A DNA stretch of 64,000 nucleotides from sequence record MT133560.1. One strand, 5' to 3'. The notes beneath the pieces were generated by a model. That model saw only the letters and a program-made list of their open reading frames with translations. It was not told where the DNA came from and did no database searches. Made by a program: the position numbers and the translations under genes. Within the stretch, counting starts at the first letter, position 1; every line of letters begins with the position of its first letter. Positions 26,936 to 35,898 of the stretch are shown here, piece after piece.

Positions 26936-29900
26936 TGGCTTCTGCATTTGAAGATTATGTAAACGGGGAACTCCCCAAACGGGTATCATCAATTGATGAG
27001 CCCACTTCTGTAGTTAATGGACACATCCCGGTTTCTACCGGGGTGGGTCTTAATACTACTTTCGTTGATCCTGTTACTATACCTGGATTAAAGGGTGAAG
27101 ATGGTCAGCCGGGTAAAGATGGCGAACAAGGCCCTCCTGGCCCAGTTGGTCCGGCTATTAACATTATCGCTAATGTTGATCTAGCAACATTCGAACAAGA
27201 TATTAAACCATTAGATACGCATAATGTCGGTGATGCTTGGTTCGTTGAAGATCGGCTATGGGTGTGGGAATCACCGCTAGGTAATGAAGACCCCCCTGTA
27301 AAAGGTCGTTGGGTTGAAACAGGTTCACTTCGTGGTCCAGATGGTACTGGTCTAGTTATCCGTGGTCGTTGGCCTAATAACTTAGAATTACCTAAGACTG
27401 AAAGTAATAAACCTGGAGATGCTTATTCATGGAATAATCAACTCTGGGCGTGGATGCTTATCTCAGGTAATAATCCGCCAGAGAATCCAACTATTGATGA
27501 CTATGATTGGTTCCCAGTTACACCACAGGGTGAACCAGCAATGCCGTTTACCATTAAGGATTCACTACCATCACCAGCTGATTTACCTGATCCATCTGTA
27601 GCTAAAGAATCAGAAGCATACTTAGTTACTATGGAAGCTGGTAAACCAGAACATCTATTCATCTTTGTAAAAGGGGCATGGTCAGACCTAGGTACTTTCC
27701 AAGGCCCTGAGGGCCCACAAGGTAAACCAGGTAATACAGGTGATCCGGGTCCCGATGGTAAACAAGGTGAACCTGGTCCACAAGGTCGTAACTTAGAAGT
27801 AGTTAAAGCAGTTGAAACTGCTGATGATCTATTAACCACCACTGGTGTAGAACAATACCAAGGTGTTTCAGTACGTTCCACCAATACGGTTTATGTACTG
27901 ACTGGCCAAGATCCGACTGTTGATATCTCATGGACAGCCATGGGTTCATTCCGTGGCCCGCAGGGCCCTGAAGGTCCGCAAGGTGAAGATGGCGAACAAG
28001 GTCTACCTGGTGAACCAGGGGCACAAGGTAAATCGGCTTTCCAAGTAGCATTGGACAATGGCTTCACTGGTACTGAGGGTGAATGGTTAATCAGTCTACA
28101 TGGTAAGAACGTAGTTATTACTGGTGCTGTTGCCAATGAGGCAGCCCTGCCGGCAGATGCTCCTGATCAGGCAGCGTACTTCACACAAGACACATCTACC
28201 TTATTTGTTAAGATAGATGGTAATTGGGTAAATAGTGGTACACATCGAGGTCCTAAAGGTGAAGATGGCGCACCTGGTAAAGACGGTGATCAGGGACCAG
28301 AAGGACCCGAGGGACCAGAAGGCCCACAAGGTCCCGCTGGTGAACCTATCCAGATCATCGCAGCGATTGACACTCCTGAAGATACCCCACCAGAAGCACT
28401 TGCCGATAACCAATGGAAAGCATATACTGTTAAGTCCACGGGCGAAGTATTTGTTAACATGGACGGTAGTCGCTGGACTAGCATTGGTATTATGGCAGGT
28501 CCGCAAGGTAAACCGGGTGAAGGTTTAAACATTAAAGGTGTTTTAACCGATGCTTCACAACTACCAAAGAAAGACACTGATCCTGACTTAGTAACTGGTG
28601 ATTCATACTGGGTTGAAACTAACGAAGGTACAATGCTCTATACTTACCAAGGTCAGGAAATTGATGGCTATATCGGCCCAATTAATCTAAATGGTGAGCA
28701 GGGTATCCAGGGTGTCGAAGGCCCACAAGGTCCTGAAGGTAAACAAGGTGGTGGTCTATTAATTATCTATGTTGGTGATGATGCTGGTAAACCAGTAGCA
28801 TCTGCTGATAACGTAGGTAAAGGTATTGCCATTCGCACCAATACTGAAGGACAAGTAGAAGTATTTGTAAGTATCGATACTGAAGGTACATTTACTTGGG
28901 AAAGCCTAGGTGTCTTAGCCATGGGTCCGCAGGGTCCTGAAGGTCCTGAGGGCAAACAAGGTGTTCCAGGTATCCCTGGTAAAACCGGTCAGAAAGGTGA
29001 ACGTGGATCCTCTTGGGTAATTCTACCTGAAGGTCAAACTGCACCCACTTCTATCGATGGTAATCGTGGTGACTGGTGTATCGACAAAACTGGTACCGTT
29101 TGGTATAAAGATGCTAACTGGGTTGTATTCTACAAATTAATGTCAGTTCCAGTTAGTGAAGTCGATCCAGAAGATGTCGATAAGAAAATGGTTCGGTACA
29201 AACTCGGTTGGACTGAACTACCTGTTGATGAGGTGGTAGATGCTGAAGTAGGTGTCTTCTATGGTCGCCGTAAAGCAACCGCTGACGGGGCTGTTGAATG
29301 GACTGCTATTGAATTACCAACACCTGCCATTGATGCTGTACCTAGTCCAGTTGTTAATGCACAATACGTTCGTAAAGGTATTGCAGGGGGTGAAACTGAA
29401 TGGGCTACCATTACATTCCCAGAAATTCCTTCAGATGTAGTACGCGATACTGCACAAGCTACTAAGCCTCAAGGTCGTGTAGCTGGTAACTGGGTTGATG
29501 TAGCACCTCTGCAAACCGATGATACTCTAATGGGTATGCAAAATGGTGAATGGGTAGCTGTACCAGCCGCAGTTATTGGCGAAGTACCTAGTGAAGGCGC
29601 TAATGGCACTAACTATGTACGTGAGAAAACAGCTAGTGGTTCTAAATGGACACCTGTAACTATTATAGTTGATCAAGCTGATGCTACTAGTGGACAACTA
29701 TTCCTACGTAACGCTGCGGCTAAATCATGGACTCTATTCCAAGGTCCGAATAATGATGTAACCGCTGATGGTGATTGGGTACGTAGCCGTACTGGTACTA
29801 ATATTACTTGGAAGAAGCTAGATAAATCATTCGATGTATATAGTCTGAAATCAAGTACATTCACTGGTACAGCTTTAACTCTAACACCTGCTAACCAGCA

Positions 29901-30144
29901 GTGCTATAGGGTTCAAACTACTGCTAACCAAACCATTACACTAGAGAATGGACCTGTTGATCGCATGATCACAGCTGTTCTTGTATTGCTTGGTAAGGTA
30001 GCTATGCCAACACTGTCTAGTGCAGTGCTACAGTGGAACAATGGTACTCCAGTAATAGTAGATGACCTAGGTGATACTAAAACAGTTCTCACCCTCTTAT
30101 GGGATGGTACTAACTGGATAGTTTCCAAAGGTGCTGTTATTTAA
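26935..30144 (+). CDS. Collagen-like fibre protein (gp146 position)
   Basis: Multiple (G-X-Y)n blocks separated by Trp-containing globular modules; TAATG coupling with the previous gene. Confidence 0.85.
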   Translation: MASAFEDYVNGELPKRVSSIDEPTSVVNGHIPVSTGVGLNTTFVDPVTIPGLKGEDGQPGKDGEQGPPGPVGPAINIIANVDLATFEQDIKPLDTHNVGDAWFVEDRLWVWESPLGNEDPPVKGRWVETGSLRGPDGTGLVIRGRWPNNLELPKTESNKPGDAYSWNNQLWAWMLISGNNPPENPTIDDYDWFPVTPQGEPAMPFTIKDSLPSPADLPDPSVAKESEAYLVTMEAGKPEHLFIFVKGAWSDLGTFQGPEGPQGKPGNTGDPGPDGKQGEPGPQGRNLEVVKAVETADDLLTTTGVEQYQGVSVRSTNTVYVLTGQDPTVDISWTAMGSFRGPQGPEGPQGEDGEQGLPGEPGAQGKSAFQVALDNGFTGTEGEWLISLHGKNVVITGAVANEAALPADAPDQAAYFTQDTSTLFVKIDGNWVNSGTHRGPKGEDGAPGKDGDQGPEGPEGPEGPQGPAGEPIQIIAAIDTPEDTPPEALADNQWKAYTVKSTGEVFVNMDGSRWTSIGIMAGPQGKPGEGLNIKGVLTDASQLPKKDTDPDLVTGDSYWVETNEGTMLYTYQGQEIDGYIGPINLNGEQGIQGVEGPQGPEGKQGGGLLIIYVGDDAGKPVASADNVGKGIAIRTNTEGQVEVFVSIDTEGTFTWESLGVLAMGPQGPEGPEGKQGVPGIPGKTGQKGERGSSWVILPEGQTAPTSIDGNRGDWCIDKTGTVWYKDANWVVFYKLMSVPVSEVDPEDVDKKMVRYKLGWTELPVDEVVDAEVGVFYGRRKATADGAVEWTAIELPTPAIDAVPSPVVNAQYVRKGIAGGETEWATITFPEIPSDVVRDTAQATKPQGRVAGNWVDVAPLQTDDTLMGMQNGEWVAVPAAVIGEVPSEGANGTNYVREKTASGSKWTPVTIIVDQADATSGQLFLRNAAAKSWTLFQGPNNDVTADGDWVRSRTGTNITWKKLDKSFDVYSLKSSTFTGTALTLTPANQQCYRVQTTANQTITLENGPVDRMITAVLVLLGKVAMPTLSSAVLQWNNGTPVIVDDLGDTKTVLTLLWDGTNWIVSKGAVI
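27085..29008 (+). repeat. Interrupted collagen G-X-Y coding repeats
   Basis: Examples: GPEGPQGKPGNTGDPGPDGKQGEPGPQG and GPKGEDGAPGKDGDQGPEGPEGPEGPQGPAGEP. Boundaries approximate. Confidence 0.9.
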
Positions 30145-30155
30145 AATGACATATT

Positions 30156-30175
30156 GCCCTCCCTTCGGGGAGGGC
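30156..30175 (+). terminator. Hairpin terminator (GCCCTCCC family, UUCG loop)
   Basis: GCCCTCCC-TTCG-GGGAGGGC followed by TTTATTTT. Confidence 0.9.
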
Positions 30176-30244
30176 TTTATTTTGTCTTTTAAGATTGATT
30201 CATTATTAACCATACCATCGTACCAGTTATATCTAAAAAAAAGC

Positions 30245-30271
30245 ATAGAAAGCCCTATTAGGGCTTTCTAT
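30245..30271 (-). terminator. Terminator of the leftward operon
   Basis: ATAGAAAGCCCT-ATT-AGGGCTTTCTAT 12-bp stem; A-run at about 30235-30242 gives a U tract on the minus strand. Confidence 0.85.
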
Positions 30272-30277
30272 TGGGTA

Positions 30278-30994
30278 TCATGGCTTAAACATGGAAAAGT
30301 ATTCAGCATCGATGAAATCAAAGTCGATATTAAGTTTATGCTTTAACTGGAAATCCATGATAATAAACTGTTTATCTTCAACAGCTAATTCACTTACATC
30401 TTTCTCAAATAGTTTTGGACCAATAATAGTAAAGTCAGGCATCAACACTTGTCCTAATTCAAGAACATGGGTTTTACACCATTCTCCAAAATTATACATA
30501 ATCGCCATTGAATAGATAGAGTTTAATCTAGAACAAGTAAGGTCTGTTAATGGAGTATTAATCAGGGTGATCTGAATATGATCACCAATGTACTTATGTA
30601 AGCAGTATAGTAATTCATCTTGAGCATCTGGTGTCAATTCATATGGCCAGATATTGACTTCAAGACATGTTTCAAAATTAGCATTAACTATACCATCTAA
30701 TCTATTCAAATCTGATTGGGCTATTAATTGAATAATAAATGGAATGATACCAGTGAATATAGAACTATTGATAGTGTCAGCAGTATTTTCACCACCACGT
30801 TTAGAATAAGCTTCGACAAATTGTTCATTAGTTACTAAACCATCTGTTAGTTTAGTCCAATCATCCATTTCCCTATGCCAGTAAATTTGACCATTGGTAA
30901 CAAGCTTATTAGCTGCATCTTTATTTAGTAACCTAATGGTTCCTAATCGTGTATCTAATAGTGAGTCAAGATCAATTAAGATTTTACGAAACAT
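30278..30994 (-). CDS. Hypothetical protein with HAD-like N-terminal motif (gp147 position)
   Basis: KILIDLDSLLDTR resembles HAD motif I (hhhDxD). Confidence 0.55.
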   Translation of the reverse strand: MFRKILIDLDSLLDTRLGTIRLLNKDAANKLVTNGQIYWHREMDDWTKLTDGLVTNEQFVEAYSKRGGENTADTINSSIFTGIIPFIIQLIAQSDLNRLDGIVNANFETCLEVNIWPYELTPDAQDELLYCLHKYIGDHIQITLINTPLTDLTCSRLNSIYSMAIMYNFGEWCKTHVLELGQVLMPDFTIIGPKLFEKDVSELAVEDKQFIIMDFQLKHKLNIDFDFIDAEYFSMFKP

Positions 30995-31490
30995 TATTAT
31001 TTACCGCCTTCTTTTTAGATGGCTTAGCTTGAACTGGGATAGATTCAACTAGATTAGTAATATAACGGATATTTAAACATTGGCAAATAATCCAAACTAA
31101 CCAATCATTTTGGTATAAAATGTCAGTTAATTCTTTTCGTGGAATTAATCGCGCTAACATTTCTTGGTCAACAATAGTTGAATTAGGTTGATAAGGATAA
31201 ATAGAATTAGCTAGTAATTCCACCACACCATCCCAATCATTAACAGCCATTTTAAATCGACTAACTAAACTTAAGATGGGTTGAAGACGATTACCTTTGT
31301 TACGGAATAAATTCCAGATATCCCTAATAACTGTTTTATCAGCAATGTGATACCAATGGGTATTAGTACTCCAGTTATTTAGTAAATCCAAAATATCCGC
31401 AATGATTTCAGCACTGTATCCATTTACTAACTCAGTATTAGATACAATTAAAGCTTCACACATATCTTCGTAAATCTGGCGATTATTCAT
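30984..31490 (-). CDS. Hypothetical protein (gp148 position)
   Basis: Tightly packed in the operon; 11-nt overlap with the downstream gene. Confidence 0.8.
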   Translation of the reverse strand: MNNRQIYEDMCEALIVSNTELVNGYSAEIIADILDLLNNWSTNTHWYHIADKTVIRDIWNLFRNKGNRLQPILSLVSRFKMAVNDWDGVVELLANSIYPYQPNSTIVDQEMLARLIPRKELTDILYQNDWLVWIICQCLNIRYITNLVESIPVQAKPSKKKAVNNNVS

Positions 31491-31492
31491 AG

Positions 31493-32167
31493 TTACACCA
31501 AGTTATTTTGTAACATCATGCCTTTTAGATAACATGCAAATGTTTTATTAGATTGCACAGTAGTATCATAAGTAGACATGATGGAATCAACAGAAGCACT
31601 ACCAGTTTCGATAATAGAGCGGTTCATTGCATTATATGCTTTCTGGTCACCACCACGTAGTTTCATGAATTCAATCATGGAATAACGGAGACCTTTTGAA
31701 GCGTTAACCTGAATCTCTGGTGCAGACATACGTGATCCTTTAGAATCACCAGTTACTTGCCCTGACCTCTGGTCAATCACATGACTAGAACCTGGAATAC
31801 TTTTCTTTTTCTCAAGCATTTGTACTTGACGACGAATTGGTATTAAACCAACTAAATGTTTATTAGCAGTTCGATATACCTGGCCAGTACCTGGATCAGT
31901 TAAAATGATGTGTTGGAATAAATTATGACCAATCGCTTTAGCAACTTTATAATTTTGCTTAATAGTTAATTTAGGCTTAGTGCATAAGTTAGGAGCATAT
32001 AATGCCAACATCTCTTCACCAGAATCTAACTTATTAATCCACTCCTCAAATTCCTCATCATTCATTCGTGCAAACATTTCTTTATAGATATCAACATTAC
32101 TACTACCAGGTAGAAACATGTCAATAATCCATAGGCATTCTTTTTCTACCAATTCTCGTTTAGTCAT
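31493..32167 (-). CDS. gp149: Virion RNA polymerase beta C-terminal fragment
   Basis: RRQVQMLEKK...DQRSGQVTGDSKGSRMSAPE...EFMKLRGGD aligns by eye with RpoB KLNHLVDDK...VTQQPLGG...GGQRFGEME...EMLTVKSDD. Confidence 0.88.
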   Translation of the reverse strand: MTKRELVEKECLWIIDMFLPGSSNVDIYKEMFARMNDEEFEEWINKLDSGEEMLALYAPNLCTKPKLTIKQNYKVAKAIGHNLFQHIILTDPGTGQVYRTANKHLVGLIPIRRQVQMLEKKKSIPGSSHVIDQRSGQVTGDSKGSRMSAPEIQVNASKGLRYSMIEFMKLRGGDQKAYNAMNRSIIETGSASVDSIMSTYDTTVQSNKTFACYLKGMMLQNNLV

Positions 32168-32199
32168 GGTAATTTCCTCTAAGGTTGTTTAACATACCA

Positions 32200-32520
32200 T
32201 TAGCTTGAGCGAGATACCCCTTGATAGACAGGTATTGAATTCTGGTCAGTACATGGTGGTAACCTATGCCTCTTAAGAATTGGTAATATATTGGCTAGAA
32301 AATTAGCATACCATACTTCAAAGGTGACTGAATCATCAATGGTGGTTCTAGCTGTCAATGTCTGACTAGGGTATTGAGCTAATAGTTGCTGAAAGCAAGC
32401 TGATAAAGTGGGTACGTCTGTACACACTGGTAATCGACGTAATAGATCTTCTGATAGTTCAACATCAAACATTCGTAGACGTTGACAAAGTGTTAAACGA
32501 TAATCTTCTGTAGTTTTCAT
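32200..32520 (-). CDS. Hypothetical protein (gp150 position)
   Basis: AAGGA-like RBS; in operon. Confidence 0.75.
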   Translation of the reverse strand: MKTTEDYRLTLCQRLRMFDVELSEDLLRRLPVCTDVPTLSACFQQLLAQYPSQTLTARTTIDDSVTFEVWYANFLANILPILKRHRLPPCTDQNSIPVYQGVSRSS

Positions 32521-32543
32521 TATAGTTCCTTAGGGTCTTTATT

Positions 32544-32894
32544 TTACTTTGATATCTCACCACAGTAAATGACCTCTGTTTTTGTTTCAAGCCATTCTAC
32601 TAATAAATGCCGGTGACAGAAATTACCAGCGCGACAATAACAACCTAATGCTACTTCCTCTAATTGGAAGAACCATTTAAAGAATTCTGGATTATCAATC
32701 AATGATTGCTCTAATATACTGAGATATGCTTCAGTGTATTCATCACTTGATATAATTCCTTTCTTATGTCCCATAACCATTAACCACGTAGGCGCGAGTT
32801 GATATGCACCTGATTTAACAGTTATGTCTAGCGGTTTTATTCCTTTCTCTATAACTAACTTATATTTAGCTATCTGATAAGTGTAAACATTCAT
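32544..32894 (-). CDS. DUF488/YeaO-like protein (gp151 position)
   Basis: LAPT...EY...Y...L and ALGCYC-x4-CHRHLL pattern. Confidence 0.65.
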   Translation of the reverse strand: MNVYTYQIAKYKLVIEKGIKPLDITVKSGAYQLAPTWLMVMGHKKGIISSDEYTEAYLSILEQSLIDNPEFFKWFFQLEEVALGCYCRAGNFCHRHLLVEWLETKTEVIYCGEISK

Positions 32895-32909
32895 ATATCA
32901 AACCTGACA

Positions 32910-32938
32910 TAACTAGGGATCTTATTGACCCCTAGTTA
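32910..32938 (-). terminator. Terminator downstream of uvsX
   Basis: TAACTAGGG...CCCTAGTTA stem; the minus strand continues TTATGTC. Confidence 0.7.
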
Positions 32939-32970
32939 TTTTAAAACTGGCGATAACATCTATACTAACA

Positions 32971-34410
32971 TTAAGCTTTTGCTTTAGCTAGTTCAAGAGG
33001 TACAATTTTAGCTTTTTCTTCGTCAGTCATCCAGTATGGTTTATATTCACTTTTACGCATGCGTAGTAGGTCATACGTTGATAGGAATTTTTTATCACTA
33101 AACTGTTCGTCTTCTTCGAACATCCAATAGCCACGAGTATTATTAAGAATGATATCCCAATCATAACCCATTACTTTAAGATCAGCATACAGTTCAGCTG
33201 GAGTTACTACATAATCTCCAAGATTCCAACGTTGGAATTGAATTAATTGTAGCATTTCAGATTGGATTTCAACAGCTCGTTGTAGAGCAGGGTTATCCAT
33301 CAATTTCTTACGAACAGTGGTTCGGCTTAGTTTGATATCAGGACATAGCTCAACGAAGTAGTTAATGTTATTACCACCAATCCCCCAATCATTTTCACGG
33401 CAATAATGGAATTCTGATAGTGATGGAAGAATACCTTCAGTTTGTGAAACAATGAGATGGAATGGTAGACCAGTAATTCCACCTTTACCACGTAAGTTAA
33501 TAACTTCTAGAATACGTAGATCTGTATCGCCTTCAATAGCAGTTGAATTGTCAATTGGATATAAAGGCATTTTTTCTTTATTGACTAACGGTTTATTAGA
33601 TTCAATAGAAAACACATTATTCGGCAGAGAGTAGAAACCACCTGATACCCCTTTAAGAACCGTATCCTTCTTCATATGCGATAGATTACGTTTATCAGTA
33701 GGGTACATCTCAATTTGAATGATATCTCCAACGTGTGCAGTGAGAATCATGTATGTACTGGTTTTAGCACAGATCTGCGGTAGCTGGTTAAATAACTGAT
33801 TCTTAGCTTTACCATTAGTCATTGCATCAGTGTTTACTTTAGAATCACCGATAGCATTTTTAGCATACATTTCAGACACAGCTGAGACAATGAACTTTGA
33901 GAAACTATCAATGAACCCGCCAGTTGGGTACAGTGCTTTCTTATTATTACCATTCACATCAAGAAATGGGGTAGTACGTAGATAATCTTTTTCAGCCTTT
34001 TCTTTTTCAGATAATGCATCGCGGAAGATTTTGAACCACTCATCCCCAGTATAACGAGATAAGTCAGTAAACATGTATTGCTCATCATTTTCCCAATCGA
34101 TAGCAGCTAGCTCAGGATAAGCTTGTGCTAAAGATGTAAATCGAGCACCTGGGTTTAATGTACCTTCTGTATCGTAAGTCATTGCATGTGCACCGGGGAA
34201 AGCACGGCGCATCATTGCCATAAGGTAGATACCTAATGCAGTTTTAAAATTATTAGGTCGTGAAGCAATACCAGTTAGTGATCCCATACCACCATTTAGA
34301 ATCATTTCACCATGCTTACCTTGTTCATACTTACCAGTTGAAATGTCCATAAGGCATCCGATGTTAAGAGCCGGTCGGAAAGCTGGACGTTCGAAATGTT
34401 TACCAAACAT
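32971..34410 (-). CDS. uvsX: UvsX/RecA-like recombinase (gp152)
   Basis: LNIGCLMDISTG...G start, variant P-loop GIASRPNNFKTA, YDTEG, Walker B GFIDS, YMILTAH...GG: RecA-fold order of motifs. Confidence 0.85.
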   Translation of the reverse strand: MFGKHFERPAFRPALNIGCLMDISTGKYEQGKHGEMILNGGMGSLTGIASRPNNFKTALGIYLMAMMRRAFPGAHAMTYDTEGTLNPGARFTSLAQAYPELAAIDWENDEQYMFTDLSRYTGDEWFKIFRDALSEKEKAEKDYLRTTPFLDVNGNNKKALYPTGGFIDSFSKFIVSAVSEMYAKNAIGDSKVNTDAMTNGKAKNQLFNQLPQICAKTSTYMILTAHVGDIIQIEMYPTDKRNLSHMKKDTVLKGVSGGFYSLPNNVFSIESNKPLVNKEKMPLYPIDNSTAIEGDTDLRILEVINLRGKGGITGLPFHLIVSQTEGILPSLSEFHYCRENDWGIGGNNINYFVELCPDIKLSRTTVRKKLMDNPALQRAVEIQSEMLQLIQFQRWNLGDYVVTPAELYADLKVMGYDWDIILNNTRGYWMFEEDEQFSDKKFLSTYDLLRMRKSEYKPYWMTDEEKAKIVPLELAKAKA

Positions 34411-34457
34411 GTTGACTCCATTTTTTAAGTTAAACAGTCAATTAATTGATTTGGAGA

Positions 34458-34468
34458 GTAATTTTATG
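34458..34468. promoter_or_regulatory. Candidate back-to-back promoters: AAAATTAC (minus, middle-type) and TATG (plus, late-type)
   Basis: GTAATTTTATG in the divergent uvsX/gp153 gap; resemblance to recalled phiKZ consensus only. Confidence 0.3.
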
Positions 34469-34507
34469 TCTACATATTCAACAATCCTTGCGCAAGGAAA
34501 TTAAGAC

Positions 34508-35422
34508 ATGTTTAACATCCATAAATACGCTAAAAGTATTTCACTAGAAAATGATTGTCAGGATCTAATTGAATCTGACAATATTGTTAATGATGATATT
34601 AGTTTAGTACAAGTTGATCCAAAACAACAGCTTGTAGATATTACTGAGACTATTTCTCAAGAAGCTAATTTCGCAACAAACGCTATTAACATTATCAATA
34701 AACGCGGTGCTAATTTTGCTATCGCTGCTCGTAATGCATTTACGTCGATGACTAACTGGAGTAATCAAATTATTCCTGAGTTCCATCCAGCGCAGATGCG
34801 CCATTTAGTTTCACACATTGATTATTTAGAAGTAGCAAATACAATCGTGCCACAACCAGTTGGTTTTAATGGTGAGATTCCAGACTATGTTGATTATCTA
34901 TTAACAGAAGCTAAGGAAATGGCCACTATTATTCCAGCGGTATTAGACCCGGTTAAAGCACAACTTGGATATTATCTACAACAGCGTGCTGATCGAATGG
35001 ATAAGCGTGGCTTTGCTAATTCATTTGCAATGGCATCGATCAATGATCTTGCTAAAGATGCTTCTTTCTATGACAGTGACAACCGGTCAAGTACAGCTGA
35101 GTTTGGTAAGCTTTACCCATCATTAAATTCATTTGTTGACGCAACAAAGAAAATGAACGATATTCGTAGCATTTTATCACGGGTTCGTCCAAATGATGTA
35201 AAACGTGCTTCAGAAGCGCTTAGTCAATTAATTGATAGCTTTATGGAGGATGTTAAGGATAGTAACTCTGACACCTCTCCAGAGCTGTTACAGACATTAA
35301 TTGAAGGGGTTACATGGGCAGCAGACCATGTTGAACGTTATTCAACACTCTTTACTAAGATTGTTGAGACTGCGAACACAATGAAAGCCACTGAAGATAT
35401 TCTTCGTGAAATCATTGGATAA
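34508..35422 (+). CDS. Head (virion) protein with N-terminal propeptide (gp153 position)
   Basis: SISLE|N matches the S-x-E prohead-protease motif; AAGGA RBS. Confidence 0.7.
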   Translation: MFNIHKYAKSISLENDCQDLIESDNIVNDDISLVQVDPKQQLVDITETISQEANFATNAINIINKRGANFAIAARNAFTSMTNWSNQIIPEFHPAQMRHLVSHIDYLEVANTIVPQPVGFNGEIPDYVDYLLTEAKEMATIIPAVLDPVKAQLGYYLQQRADRMDKRGFANSFAMASINDLAKDASFYDSDNRSSTAEFGKLYPSLNSFVDATKKMNDIRSILSRVRPNDVKRASEALSQLIDSFMEDVKDSNSDTSPELLQTLIEGVTWAADHVERYSTLFTKIVETANTMKATEDILREIIG

Positions 35423-35430
35423 CAGCATAA

Positions 35431-35453
35431 GCCCTCTCCCAAAAGGAGAGGGC
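35431..35453. terminator. Bidirectional hairpin terminator
   Basis: CATAA-GCCCTCTCC-CAAAA-GGAGAGGGC-ATTATG between convergent genes. Confidence 0.88.
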
Positions 35454-35468
35454 ATTATGTCGTACCAA

Positions 35469-35888
35469 TCAATTTGGAATACACTTCTCATGTAAACTTA
35501 ATTTAAAGAGAGTTTTCAAATCCTTTAAAAAAGTTGCATCATCAGCATATTTCATCCAACACGGAGTCTTACGAATAAGCCTCATGAAAAATTGATCAGT
35601 GGTTAGATCTGCTTTATCAATCTTATCGATTGCTATCACGCCTTTCCATACGTACGGCCCATAATGAATTGGGAGTCGTAAGGCAGCTTCATCGCGTACT
35701 AGTTTCATGTTAGAATTCAAATGAGAGATCTTTTCACACTCATTTGTCTTACACTGTACTATAACGGAGTACAGTGACGCCATGACGCACATCCGCTTTA
35801 GTTCGGGATCAGCATAGTCCCAGAGCTTAATCCAAATTGCCCTGAAACCATTCTTAACCGACTTTTTGAATCTGCTAATAAGGTTCAT
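35469..35888 (-). CDS. Hypothetical protein (gp154 position)
   Basis: Start moved to MNLISRF, 11 nt after the RNase H stop, avoiding overlap. Confidence 0.7.
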   Translation of the reverse strand: MNLISRFKKSVKNGFRAIWIKLWDYADPELKRMCVMASLYSVIVQCKTNECEKISHLNSNMKLVRDEAALRLPIHYGPYVWKGVIAIDKIDKADLTTDQFFMRLIRKTPCWMKYADDATFLKDLKTLFKLSLHEKCIPN

Positions 35889-35898
35889 GGAATACCCA

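Noticed and set aside
27419-28955. Several overlapping and antisense ORFs (e.g. 27501-27884, 27891-28136, 28290-28577) rich in P/G/S
   Set aside because: They are shadows of the collagen G-X-Y codon periodicity; no RBS, and they lie fully inside the fibre gene.
30131-30346. 71-aa ORF spanning the convergent gap
   Set aside because: It crosses two terminators and overlaps both flanking genes.
32283-32290. TATATTAC on the minus strand upstream of gp149 (another at 44924-44931)
   Set aside because: Both are inside coding sequence and lack the upstream A-tract/TACACT context of the intergenic early promoters; expected by chance in AT-rich DNA.
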